Positions 20,349 to 30,523 of a stretch of DNA of 64,000 bases are shown here, piece after piece. Positions within the stretch are counted from its first letter, which is position 1, and the number at the start of each line of letters is the position of its first letter. Under the pieces are notes generated by a model. The model was given only the letters and a program-made list of their open reading frames with translations, was not told the DNA's origin and ran no database searches. This DNA comes from Candidatus Poribacteria bacterium (lineage in GTDB: Bacteria; Poribacteria; WGA-4E; WGA-3G): NCBI GenBank assembly GCA_965215265.1, contig OZ244048.1:4224001-4288000 (forward strand), in the 5' to 3' direction. The position numbers were made by a program, and so were the translations under genes.

Positions 20349-23300
20349 ATGAGTTTCCAAGAGATTATTTTAGCATTAGAAAAATTTTGGGCAGAGCAGG
20401 GCTGTCTTATCCAGCAACCTTACGATGTTGAGGTAGGAGCAGGCACGTTTAACCCTGCAACTTTTTTACGATGCCTTGGCCCCGAACCATGGCAGGCAGC
20501 TTATGTTGAACCTGTCCGCCGTCCAACTGATGGACGCTACGCCGAAAACCCTTTCCGCTTAGGAGCGTACTACCAATATCAGGTAATTTTAAAGCCCGCT
20601 CCAGAGAATGTTTTACCCCTCTATCTTCAGAGTTTACATCACCTCGGCATTTCCGCTCGCCACAACGACATCCGGTTTGTTGAGGACGACTGGGAATCTC
20701 CTACCCTTGGTGCCTCTGGCCTCGGTTGGGAGGTCTGGTGGAATGGAGCGGAGGTTACGCAATTTACCTATTTTCAGCAAATGGGCGGCATTGAACTCAA
20801 TCCGATTTGCGCCGAAATTACATACGGGCTCGAGCGCATCGCACTCTATTTGCAGGATGTCGACAGCTTCTTTAATATTCGCTGGAACGAAAACCTCTCT
20901 TATGGCGATGTCTATCGTCACAGTGAGATAGAGCACTCAATCTATAATTTCCAGCAGGCAAATGTTGAGATGCTTTTTGAACTGTTCTATACATACGAGA
21001 AAGAAACCTATGCTTGCTTGGACGGAGGATTGGTACTCCCGGCAACAGACTATGTGTTAAAGTGCTCGCATACGTTCAATATGCTGGATGCACGCGGGGT
21101 TATCAGTGTAACAGAACGTGTGAATTACATTGAACGAGTCCGGCGACTCGCCCAACAGGTCGCACGCGCTTATGTGAAACAGCGTGAAGAAATGGAGCAT
21201 CCCTTACTCGGAAAATGGAAAACCCAAGAGCCGTCCGATGTACAACACAAAACAGAGAACCCCTCCGACGAGATTTACACAAGTGACGAAAATCTAAACA
21301 GAGAACCCCTCCGACGAGATTTACACACGAATTATCAAAACAAACGCGATGACGGTACCGAGATAGACGAAAACACAAAAAACGAATTGCTTTTTGAAAT
21401 CGGTACGGAAGAAATACCAGCCAGTTACTTCCCGCCCGCATTGGAAAAACTCCGGCTTATGGCAGCCGAATCATTGATGCACCATAGGATCGAATTTGAC
21501 GAAGTCAAAACCTTTGGCACACCACGCCGCATCACACTTGCTGTTAAGGGCCTAGCAACACGTCAAAAAGATAAACAGATAGAGATAGTCGGACCCCCAA
21601 AACGTATCGCTTATGATAAAGAAGGACAACCAACCAAGGCGGCAATCGGCTTTGCCAAGACCCACGACGTGGCATTTGAAGCACTCCGTATCGTTGAAAC
21701 GCCCCGAGGCGAATACGTCGCAGTTACCAAACTCGAAAAAGGTATGCCAACCGCTGAAGTATTGAAAACGCTCATACCGGACTGGATTGAAAAACTCCGT
21801 TTTCCGAAAACGATGCGCTGGTTCAATGATGAGAAATCAAGCCGGAAACGGTTCGCACGCCCTATCCGATGGCTTGTTGCACTCTTAAACGAAAAAATTG
21901 TACCTTGCATCTACGGCTCGTTAACCGCAGGATGTCTAACGTATGGGCATCGTAACCTGCATCCAGAACCAATAATTCTTGAATCCGCTGCACTTGAGAA
22001 CTACATAACCGAATTGCGGAAGGCAAATGTAATCGTCCATCCAGAGGAACGGCGTCAGACAATCAAAAACCAACTCCTGAATATTTTAGAGGCAGAAAAG
22101 TGTCTCACTACAATTGATGAAGAATTATTGGATACAGTCAATTACTTGGTGGAAAACCCACAACCTATTGTAGGAAGTTTCAGCGAATCGCACTTAGTGT
22201 TACCACCTGAAGTATTGATCACCGCTATGAAGAAGCATCAACGCTATTTCCCGATGTGGAAATTGGGAGAGTCGTCCTCGAGCACCATACAAAACAGATT
22301 CATTACTATTTCCAATGGAACAGATGGGAATTTCGATGGCGTTCGTCACGGAAACGAACGCGTTTTACACGCTCGACTCAATGATGCCGAGTTTTTCTAC
22401 CGCGAGGACCAGAAAACTCCTTTTGCCGATAAAGTAGAACGGTTAGGGACCGTTGTTTTCCACGCGAAACTCGGTTCATTGCTGGATAAAGCCAAACGAC
22501 TTAAGGAATTGGTTCGGTTTATTGCGACAACACTACAGCTACCAGAAACAACGTGCTGCCACGCAGAACGTTGTGCTTGGCTCTGCAAGGTAGACTTGAC
22601 AACACAGTTGGTGATTGAATTTCCTTCCTTGCAAGGCATCGCAGGCAAATATTATGCACAGAACGCCGGTGAGACAGCACTTGTAGCGGACGGTATTGCT
22701 GAACATTATCAGCCACTCGGCGCGGATACTGCGAGCCCCGAAACAGAAGTCGGCGCACTTGTAGCCGCAGCCGATAAAGTGGATACCATCGTTGGATACT
22801 TTGGAATTAAGGAACGTCCGACAGGTTCACAGGACCCGTACTCGCTACGTCGGCATGCCCTGGGTGCCCTCCGTATTCTACAAGAACGGCGGCTGCCTCT
22901 CTCGTTCGATGCTGTTGTCAAAAAGGCAATATCGCTCTACAAAGTTGAATTGGCGACGGATACTGAAACAAGTGTCCTCGGTTTTATCAAGGAACGGCTG
23001 CGAGGCATCCTCCAAACACAAGGAAACTACGCCCCGGATGTGGCAGATGCCGTACTGGCAGTAAGCCATATCAATGTGCCGGATGTTTTAAAGCGCGCTG
23101 AGGTACTTGCAAAGTTTAAGCAGACCGCAAACGAATCAAAAAAAAGTTATAGTGACACGCACAGTCAGTTGACTTTGAATTTTGAACGCGTCTATAATGC
23201 ACTTAATCGAGTGTTGCGAATTTTACCGGAGACACCGCCGATAGATGTAGATGAAACACTTCTAATTGATGATGCCGAAAAAAGCCTGGCCGAGTTTATT

Positions 23301-23528
23301 AACACCGCGGAGCCGCACTTTGAAAAAAGCATTCAGGACGGAGACTATTTAGAACTACTCACACAGTTAGCGAAACTACAACCCGCAATAGATCGGTTTT
23401 TCGACGATGTTTTGGTTATGGCAAAGGAACCGCAAATACGACAGAACCGGTTAGCATTACTCAATCGAATCGCAAAACGCATCTATGCTATCGCTGATTT
23501 GACAAAATTGGTAATTGCAGGATATTAG
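20349..23528 (+). CDS. glyQS: Fused glycine--tRNA ligase alpha/beta subunits
   Basis: Alpha: [31 protein letters not shown]. Beta: [25 protein letters not shown]. Single ORF. Confidence 0.95.
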   Translation: MSFQEIILALEKFWAEQGCLIQQPYDVEVGAGTFNPATFLRCLGPEPWQAAYVEPVRRPTDGRYAENPFRLGAYYQYQVILKPAPENVLPLYLQSLHHLGISARHNDIRFVEDDWESPTLGASGLGWEVWWNGAEVTQFTYFQQMGGIELNPICAEITYGLERIALYLQDVDSFFNIRWNENLSYGDVYRHSEIEHSIYNFQQANVEMLFELFYTYEKETYACLDGGLVLPATDYVLKCSHTFNMLDARGVISVTERVNYIERVRRLAQQVARAYVKQREEMEHPLLGKWKTQEPSDVQHKTENPSDEIYTSDENLNREPLRRDLHTNYQNKRDDGTEIDENTKNELLFEIGTEEIPASYFPPALEKLRLMAAESLMHHRIEFDEVKTFGTPRRITLAVKGLATRQKDKQIEIVGPPKRIAYDKEGQPTKAAIGFAKTHDVAFEALRIVETPRGEYVAVTKLEKGMPTAEVLKTLIPDWIEKLRFPKTMRWFNDEKSSRKRFARPIRWLVALLNEKIVPCIYGSLTAGCLTYGHRNLHPEPIILESAALENYITELRKANVIVHPEERRQTIKNQLLNILEAEKCLTTIDEELLDTVNYLVENPQPIVGSFSESHLVLPPEVLITAMKKHQRYFPMWKLGESSSSTIQNRFITISNGTDGNFDGVRHGNERVLHARLNDAEFFYREDQKTPFADKVERLGTVVFHAKLGSLLDKAKRLKELVRFIATTLQLPETTCCHAERCAWLCKVDLTTQLVIEFPSLQGIAGKYYAQNAGETALVADGIAEHYQPLGADTASPETEVGALVAAADKVDTIVGYFGIKERPTGSQDPYSLRRHALGALRILQERRLPLSFDAVVKKAISLYKVELATDTETSVLGFIKERLRGILQTQGNYAPDVADAVLAVSHINVPDVLKRAEVLAKFKQTANESKKSYSDTHSQLTLNFERVYNALNRVLRILPETPPIDVDETLLIDDAEKSLAEFINTAEPHFEKSIQDGDYLELLTQLAKLQPAIDRFFDDVLVMAKEPQIRQNRLALLNRIAKRIYAIADLTKLVIAGY
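21228..21373 (+). repeat. Foldback-repeat locus 8, translated in frame as the GlyQ-GlyS linker
   Basis: CTCCGACGAGATTTACACA occurs twice (~21263, ~21309), and the second arm ends GGTACCGAGATAGACGAAAA. Confidence 0.9.
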
Positions 23529-23670
23529 AAATGTTTAAAGTTGGCAAAAGACTTCTTATGTAACGAAGCCGCTGAAACTTTAGCAGACTTTACCGATTTC
23601 ATAGTTTCTCTGTTTTAACACACTTTACTTCCTTGACGAGACTTTTTTACTAAATTTTGAGGTTTGCTGT

Positions 23671-26600
23671 ATGAAAAAATATACTATCAGGACGAGGTTT
23701 GCAAGTATATATTGCAAAATCTGCATCCATCTTATTCTGGTTGTTATACTAGCGTTTTTGATGGGATGCGGAGAGAAAGAGGATAAGGACATTATTGAGG
23801 CACGGAGCGCGATCGTTCGCGGAGACTATAATGCCGCACAGACAGCCGTTCAAAAGGCAGCTGCAAATACAAACCCTGCATCGCGAAATGCAAGTCAGGA
23901 GGCACGAATCATAAATAGTTTCCTGAAACTCCGCACTAACACCGAAACAGCCGATTGGCATAAAGCAATTACGCAATCGCTCGCGCATCTTGAAACATTG
24001 CATACTGACATCCATGCTATTTCGATGCATGAAGACCCAGATTCAGACGAATTAGACCGCAAAGAGCGCCTGATTCGCTCGCGAAACGCAATCTCCGGAC
24101 TCTTCATTATGGCGCTTGCTGATGCCGTCAAAAAACGTGTTGAATTGTTACCTGAGCTCATATCACCCGCTGCCAATCGTATACACACCAGTGCTTCAAT
24201 CATATCACTCTTAGAGACAGAAAAGTGTTATCAGCCCACAGTCCGAAAAACGCTCGCGCAACTGATGGAGAAACTCATCTCACCCGGAGGAAGAACTGCC
24301 GGTGCCAACTCCCCCATTGCAAAACTACTCATTCAGGAAACACAGAATACCGATACTGCAATCCGAAAAGAGGCAATATACCACCTGGGCACAATGCAGC
24401 ACACCGAATTCATCCCTATATTTGAGGCAGTGCTTGCCAAACCGGATGAAGCAACTGCCGTTGCATATAAGGCAGTAACAGCACTTGAGCAATTGAACGA
24501 TCCGGTAGTCGTTCCAGCCCTTCAGATGGCGTTGAAGAACGATAGCGCACAGGTCCGCATGCATGCAGCCAAACTTATCGGACATCACTTTCAAGCGTAT
24601 AGTGAAATGAATGCCGCCGAAGCAGAGACTATTGTCTACGAACTCCTCCGACTCCTCGCCGATTCAAACGGTTATGTCAGAGATACCGCTATAGAGGCTC
24701 TCAACCGTATTGGCGATGCTGCACTACCACTTTTATTGGAAGTGATAGAGACGCAAGCCCGGAACCTTATTCCAGATGAAGATACTGCCTCCCAGGCTGC
24801 TGCCCCCTCCACGGAATATCGATACATCGCCAGTGCGTATATTGACGATTCATGGATGAAAAAGTATCGGATTGGGGCACAAGCAGCGGCGATTAGCGCA
24901 CTAGGAAAACTCAAGTCCGAAGCAGGAGTCGCCCCGCTGATTGCACGCTTAGCAGATGAGGACTTGCAAGCTGATGCACTTGCTGCACTGATTGAGATGC
25001 AAGGCACCGCGATGAATCCCCTGCTGGATGCACTCAAAAATGGTACCACGAAGATCCGGGTGAAGGTAGCAGAGGCACTCGGCACTATAGGCGACCGGCG
25101 CGCGATAATGCCGCTTATTGACGCACTGAACACCGATTCTCACAAAGAGGTGAAGGCACTCGCAGCAAAGGCATTAGGAGATATGCACGCAAGAGGTAAG
25201 AATAATCTCGCAGTTACTGCCTTGACACAAGCGCTTACTTATGACGACACGACGGTTGCAAATGCGGCAGAAGCACTCGGCAAAATTAACGTACAGACAG
25301 AACGCGCCGTTCAAAAGCTGATTATAATCTCCATGGATAAGCAGCGTCGTGAAACCGTACGCTTAGCAGCTATTAACGCACTAGCGCAGCTCAAACCTCC
25401 CAAAGCTACACAACCCATGCTCTTGTTACTCCTCAGTGATGAAACCAGTCCCGTTATCCGGGCCAACGCCGCGAAGGTGCTGAGCCGAATTAAAGCACCG
25501 GAAACTGTCCCCGCGCTTCTATGGGTGTTGTCTACACAATTTGATGAAATTTCAGATTTCCAGCGATATATGAAACGTGAGTATAAAACACTTGACGGCC
25601 TCAGAATGCAAGTCGATTCCTTAAAGATTCAGTGGACAGCAGATTACCCCCGCGCAAACTATCGGACCTGGGGCGAACTTAAACCGATTCCGAGCCTCGT
25701 GCGGAGCGAAGTCGCGCGCACACTCGGTATCATAAAAGGGGATACCGTCATAGAACCCCTCATCCAAGCCCTTGACAAAGATCAGCGCGCAACCGTCCGG
25801 CAAAGTGCCGCCTGGGCATTAGGAGAAGTGAAGGGCGAACCTACAATCGCGCCCCTTGTAACCGCACTTAAAAAAGACAAGCAGGGGGCCGTTCGACAAG
25901 AAGCAGCGATCGCTTTAGGAAAAATTAAGGGACAGACTGTTGTCGCACCGTTGTTAGATGTACTAAAGAACGATAAATATGAAACCACGCGTCTGGAAGC
26001 AGCGAAGGCTCTCCGGGAAATTCAGAACGCAGATGAAGGACTCGTGGATATTATAAAGAAAGGTTTAGGCAGCTTTGATGAAGGCTATGAGGTGCAGTCT
26101 GTACAAAATGAAGTCATAGGTGCCTTAATCAAAGATGGTAATGCAGCTACAGCGCAATTTGCCCTTGACGCGCTCAAGACAGCTAATGATGAATGGACCC
26201 GATGGGCATTGGTACACGTGCTCGGTAGTACCGCCAAAAAACTTGCAGTTGACGCAATGGTGGCGGAATTAAACCATTCAAGTTATGTTATCCGCAAACG
26301 TGCAACCAAATCTCTCGGCGGTTTTAGAGAACGTCGAACCGTTGAACCTTTAATTGCGATGCTCACAAACGGTGATGAGATGAAATCTATTCGCGCAGCT
26401 GCGGCAGATTCGCTTGGCGTGCTTAAAGATGAGAGCGCAGCTACACCTTTGTTGGCTGCACTTGAGGATGAAAATGCTGAAGTACGTTTGCAAGCCGCAG
26501 CCGCCCTTGGAAAAATCCGGGATGCAAAAGCAGTCCCTAAACTGAGCACGATGGTTGAAAATTCTCTAGAGACAGATGAGGTCCGCGCAACTGCAGCGGC

Positions 26601-27633
26601 CGCACTTGGAAATATAGGGGACAAGACCGCTGAGGCTGTGTTAATGAAGGCATTAGACATCCGCGTCGGCAACATCGCAAATAATGCCATTGTTGCCCTC
26701 GGGCAGCTTAAAAGTGAGGCAGCACTCCCCAAATTAATTGCTATTCTTGAAGACAAACGGGTACCGTTAGATGCCAGCACGGATGCATTGGCGAAAACCT
26801 CTGCCCGGACAAAAGCGGCCATAGCCCTCGGTGAAATTGGAGGCGAGTTGGCAGCGGAAGCTATCGGGAAACGCCTAATTGACGATACGGAGTATATAGT
26901 CGCACTTCAAGATGAAGTAGAAAGACGCACTGTTGGGAACGACTCTTTGAAACGTAACTGGAACTGGGAGGGCTATGTCAATGCCGCCAAAAAACTTGAG
27001 TTACCTGCATTCGTCGCACCTAAAATGGCGGTACGCGCAGCAGATGAATGGGAAAGCCATCAGGTGCAAAACGCTGCAATGGTCGCTCTCGGAAAGTGCA
27101 GTGGACCTGAATTAACAGATGTATCACAATTTAAACAGCGGTTAACTGACCCGGATGTGGACATCCGAAAAGCTACCGCGCTCAGCATCGGTCAGGCAGG
27201 CATTGCCGTGCTTACACCAGACCTCATTCAGATTATGACAGGCCAAAGTGAAGCCGAAAAGGACGTGCGGCGCGCAGCCACCCAAGCACTCGGAGAATTC
27301 GCCGATATTGAAACAACAGACGTGCTCATTGAAGTGATGAACAACGATGAAAATCATGTGGAAATTCGGCGCGATGCCTCGCGTGCCTTAGGAAAAATCG
27401 GAATAGATAAGGCTGTCGATGCACTCGTTCAGAAACTCGCCGCACTCCATGAAACTCAACTCCTAAGAGGATTCCGGCTCGATCTCATCAAAGCTCTTGG
27501 GGATGCAAAGAACGCACGTGGCGTACAATTGCTTGAATTAATTCTCGAAGATCAGGATGCTGAAATTCACTTCCAAGCAGCATCCGCACTCTTTGAGATT
27601 ACAGGGAAAGGCTACGGCTATAATCGACTATAA
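23671..27633 (+). CDS. Large HEAT/PBS-lyase repeat lipoprotein
   Basis: Lipobox LMGC; many VRxxAAxALGxIG repeats. Confidence 0.88.
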   Translation: MKKYTIRTRFASIYCKICIHLILVVILAFLMGCGEKEDKDIIEARSAIVRGDYNAAQTAVQKAAANTNPASRNASQEARIINSFLKLRTNTETADWHKAITQSLAHLETLHTDIHAISMHEDPDSDELDRKERLIRSRNAISGLFIMALADAVKKRVELLPELISPAANRIHTSASIISLLETEKCYQPTVRKTLAQLMEKLISPGGRTAGANSPIAKLLIQETQNTDTAIRKEAIYHLGTMQHTEFIPIFEAVLAKPDEATAVAYKAVTALEQLNDPVVVPALQMALKNDSAQVRMHAAKLIGHHFQAYSEMNAAEAETIVYELLRLLADSNGYVRDTAIEALNRIGDAALPLLLEVIETQARNLIPDEDTASQAAAPSTEYRYIASAYIDDSWMKKYRIGAQAAAISALGKLKSEAGVAPLIARLADEDLQADALAALIEMQGTAMNPLLDALKNGTTKIRVKVAEALGTIGDRRAIMPLIDALNTDSHKEVKALAAKALGDMHARGKNNLAVTALTQALTYDDTTVANAAEALGKINVQTERAVQKLIIISMDKQRRETVRLAAINALAQLKPPKATQPMLLLLLSDETSPVIRANAAKVLSRIKAPETVPALLWVLSTQFDEISDFQRYMKREYKTLDGLRMQVDSLKIQWTADYPRANYRTWGELKPIPSLVRSEVARTLGIIKGDTVIEPLIQALDKDQRATVRQSAAWALGEVKGEPTIAPLVTALKKDKQGAVRQEAAIALGKIKGQTVVAPLLDVLKNDKYETTRLEAAKALREIQNADEGLVDIIKKGLGSFDEGYEVQSVQNEVIGALIKDGNAATAQFALDALKTANDEWTRWALVHVLGSTAKKLAVDAMVAELNHSSYVIRKRATKSLGGFRERRTVEPLIAMLTNGDEMKSIRAAAADSLGVLKDESAATPLLAALEDENAEVRLQAAAALGKIRDAKAVPKLSTMVENSLETDEVRATAAAALGNIGDKTAEAVLMKALDIRVGNIANNAIVALGQLKSEAALPKLIAILEDKRVPLDASTDALAKTSARTKAAIALGEIGGELAAEAIGKRLIDDTEYIVALQDEVERRTVGNDSLKRNWNWEGYVNAAKKLELPAFVAPKMAVRAADEWESHQVQNAAMVALGKCSGPELTDVSQFKQRLTDPDVDIRKATALSIGQAGIAVLTPDLIQIMTGQSEAEKDVRRAATQALGEFADIETTDVLIEVMNNDENHVEIRRDASRALGKIGIDKAVDALVQKLAALHETQLLRGFRLDLIKALGDAKNARGVQLLELILEDQDAEIHFQAASALFEITGKGYGYNRL

Positions 27634-27639
27634 CTTTGA

Positions 27640-27904
27640 TTTTTCGTCTACTGTTTTCGTTCTTTCGTCCACAGGAGCCCGATACAAGGCTGCTGCAATG
27701 TTAAAACCTGTATAAATCTCGTCGGAGCCTTCTGATGCTTTGACTTCAAAAGACTATGCTTAAGTAGGCTCTGGCGAGATTTATCTATAGATTGGCAGGT
27801 AAAAGGTAATCTTTTCTCATGGACAGAGAAAGATACCTATCCTGCCAACACACGACTCATCAAAACAGAGACGTTGATGGTACGGAGATATACAAAAAGA
27901 CGAG
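27640..27904. repeat. Foldback-repeat locus 9 with nested 65-bp hairpin insertion
   Basis: Left arm, core and right arm; the right arm is split between CGAGATTT and ACACACGA by 27783-27847. Confidence 0.9.
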
Positions 27905-27915
27905 GATAAAAAATT

Positions 27916-28239
27916 ATGGCTTTTTTTGAATTGCGACAGTACCGAACCAAACCCGGACAACGCGATAACTGGGTAAAATATATGGAAGAAACGGTTATCC
28001 CGTTTCAGATCTCCAAAGGGATGGTAGTCATCGGCAGCTTTGTCGGTGAAGAGGAAGACGATCTCTACATCTGGATTCGCAGGTTTGAAAGCGAAGAACA
28101 ACGTGAACGACTATACGCAGCTGTTTATGAAAGCGACCGGTGGATAAACGAAATCTCACCTCGTGTAGGCGAGCTACTCGATCGCGATAAAATCATCGTC
28201 ACACGGCTCGAACCTACTTCGCGCTCAGCACACCAATAG
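27916..28239 (+). CDS. NIPSNAP family protein
   Basis: FFELRQYRTKPGQR..VIGSF..YIWIRRF pattern. Confidence 0.85.
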   Translation: MAFFELRQYRTKPGQRDNWVKYMEETVIPFQISKGMVVIGSFVGEEEDDLYIWIRRFESEEQRERLYAAVYESDRWINEISPRVGELLDRDKIIVTRLEPTSRSAHQ

Positions 28240-28300
28240 CTGCAGATCTTCCGTTTACTCTCGCGGTGTGTAAACACCGTCTTCACGGAGGGCTTTTCGA

Positions 28301-29047
28301 ATGAACGCTGAAGAAAAATACTTGTTTGATCTATGGGGGTATGTTAACATCGAAAACGTCTTGGGTGAGGAAGAATTGTCCCAACTGAATACCCTCATTG
28401 ATTCGCAGAACTACGCAGACCCAGTAGATGATGACGTTTATTCGCAACGGTTTGGCGGATTCCTGAGTTGGAAGGACGATGCGTTTCGAAAACTCCTTAA
28501 TCATCCGCGCCTTATGCCTTTCTTAGCTGAAATTGTCGGACCAAAATTCCGACTGGACCATGTCTATGGTATCTTGATGAAGGAAGGCAACCCCGGCGGT
28601 ACACTCCACGGCGGCGGTACCCCTTATGATCCCGCGCAATACTACGTCTTTCGGAACGGCAGGATGTATAATGGCTTAACCGTAGTTTCATGGGCACTCA
28701 CTGATATGCTGGAAGGCGATGGGGGGTTCTGTTGTATCCCCGGCAGTCATAAGAGCAACTATCCTTGTCCCTCTCAGTTTCGTCCAGTCAAAGACAACCG
28801 AACCTGTATGGTGCCTGTGCATCAAAAAGCAGGCGATGTTGTTATTTTCACCGAAGCATTGACACATGGGACACTCCCATGGACTGCAAAGCACCAACGG
28901 AGATCTATCCTATTTAAGTATTCGCCCGGGCATTCTTCATGGGGGCAAGGCAGGTACGATGATGATATTCGTGCTAAGATGGATTCCGAAGATCAGAAAT
29001 TGATGTTGGAACCACCTTACGTCGCAAATCGGAAACCGGTGATTTAG
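28301..29047 (+). CDS. PhyH family dioxygenase
   Basis: KYLFDLWGY, LHGG, GGFCCIPGSHKSN and KAGDVVIFTEALTHG. Confidence 0.88.
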   Translation: MNAEEKYLFDLWGYVNIENVLGEEELSQLNTLIDSQNYADPVDDDVYSQRFGGFLSWKDDAFRKLLNHPRLMPFLAEIVGPKFRLDHVYGILMKEGNPGGTLHGGGTPYDPAQYYVFRNGRMYNGLTVVSWALTDMLEGDGGFCCIPGSHKSNYPCPSQFRPVKDNRTCMVPVHQKAGDVVIFTEALTHGTLPWTAKHQRRSILFKYSPGHSSWGQGRYDDDIRAKMDSEDQKLMLEPPYVANRKPVI

Positions 29048-29055
29048 GTATGAGT

Positions 29056-29086
29056 TGGCGAGTGTTACACTTCAGCATACTCGCCA
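29056..29086. terminator. Hairpin between convergent genes (possible bidirectional terminator)
   Basis: Stem TGGCGAGTGT / ATACTCGCCA; no strong U tract. Confidence 0.4.
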
Positions 29087-29095
29087 TTGGTACGT

Positions 29096-30241
29096 CTACC
29101 AGTCTGCCACGCTACCATCGGTATCGTAGTAAAACTCGCCACCGAGTTCTTCCGTACAGATGTCTAAATTCTGCTCTGCTTCTTTTTCGTTAATTTCAAA
29201 CCCAAGCCCCGGCTTTGTGGGTAATTCAATGTGCCCATCTTTAACCTGCCACTCTTCAGTCAGCAGCCCTGCCCCCAAACCGTTATCGATCTGTTCTTGA
29301 ATGAGGAAGTTTGGGACCACGGCATCTACGTGGAGAGAAGCGGAAAAAGCGACAGGGCCGATGGCGCAATGCGGCGCGATGTGCATGTAGTAGACCTCGG
29401 CCATGTTCGCAATCTTTTTGAGCTCCGTTATACCGCCAGCGTGAGAAGCATCCGGCTGTAAGTAAGCTACCGCCTGTTTCTCAAAAATTTCGCGAAATCC
29501 CCAGCGGGTGAGCAGTCGCTCCCCCGTAGCTATAGGAAATGGCACGTGATCAGAAACCTGTTTCAGGGCATCAACGTTTTCCTGCGGAATCGGCTCCTCT
29601 ACAAACATCGGACGCATGCCTTTGAGTTCATGGCAGATTTCAATCGCGAGCGCAGGAGTCATCTTGCCGTGAAAATCAAAGGCGAGTTCAACATCGGGAC
29701 CTACCCACTCGCGCATCAGATAGGCACGCTCCACAAAAGCATCAATAACCGCCGGGGGTTCATGCGCACGCCATTTCCCACCAGGACCGCTTTTAAAGGC
29801 TTTGTATCCCCCCTTCTGCTGTAAAAACTCTAACCGTTGCTTGGCTGAAGCTTGCCCCTCATCTGTCAAACTCCCAATTCCCCAATGTGCGTAGACGCGA
29901 ATTCTGTCACGAACAGCACCGCCTAAGAGTTGATACGTTGGTACATCGTAGTACTTACCGGCTATATCCCACAATGCCTGATCTATGCCAGATAATGCTG
30001 ACATCAGGATGTTACCACCCCTGAAGAATGCAGAACGATAGACGTGTTGCCAATGGTGTTCAATGCGCAACGGGTCTTTACCGATGAAATAGTCCGACAG
30101 CTCGTCAACCGCGGCACAAGTACTTTTGGGTTTGCCTTCAAGTGTCGTCTCTCCCCAACCAATAATACCGGTATCGGTTGTGATTTTGACGAGCCGCATT
30201 CGGGAACGCGGAAAAAATTGTTCAATTCTAGCAATTTTCAT
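29096..30241 (-). CDS. dgoD: Galactonate dehydratase-like enolase-superfamily enzyme
   Basis: RSAFFRGG..ALSGIDQALWDI, DFHG, EEP, ATGERL and APHC. Substrate not certain. Confidence 0.75.
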   Translation of the reverse strand: MKIARIEQFFPRSRMRLVKITTDTGIIGWGETTLEGKPKSTCAAVDELSDYFIGKDPLRIEHHWQHVYRSAFFRGGNILMSALSGIDQALWDIAGKYYDVPTYQLLGGAVRDRIRVYAHWGIGSLTDEGQASAKQRLEFLQQKGGYKAFKSGPGGKWRAHEPPAVIDAFVERAYLMREWVGPDVELAFDFHGKMTPALAIEICHELKGMRPMFVEEPIPQENVDALKQVSDHVPFPIATGERLLTRWGFREIFEKQAVAYLQPDASHAGGITELKKIANMAEVYYMHIAPHCAIGPVAFSASLHVDAVVPNFLIQEQIDNGLGAGLLTEEWQVKDGHIELPTKPGLGFEINEKEAEQNLDICTEELGGEFYYDTDGSVADW

Positions 30242-30484
30242 TTTTTTTCGTATATCTCCGTACCGTCAACGCTTTTTCGTATACTGGAGCCCTACACCGC
30301 CTGATGTTTTTTCGTATAGTGCAGCACAACACCAATCTATGCTATGATAACCCTTGTACAAATCTCGTCGCCCACCCACCCAAATCCTTTCTATGCTATG
30401 AATCTAAACATCTAAAGGCTCCGGCGAGATTTGTAAGGGGTTTAATATAGCAGCAACTAGCATTGGGCTCCTATATACAAAAAG
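30242..30484. repeat. Foldback-repeat locus 10 between divergent genes
   Basis: Three TTTTCGTATA-initiated arms or partial arms, a core fragment AATCTAAACATC, and an outward arm ending TATACAAAAA. Confidence 0.9.
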
Positions 30485-30523
30485 ATTGAAAACCGAATGA
30501 TGCTGTAGATAGGATAAGCCAAC

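Noticed and set aside
23634-23705. GACGAGACTT / GACGAGGTTTGCA near the HEAT gene start as further element copies
   Set aside because: Only about 10 bp of similarity, without the spaced arm blocks.
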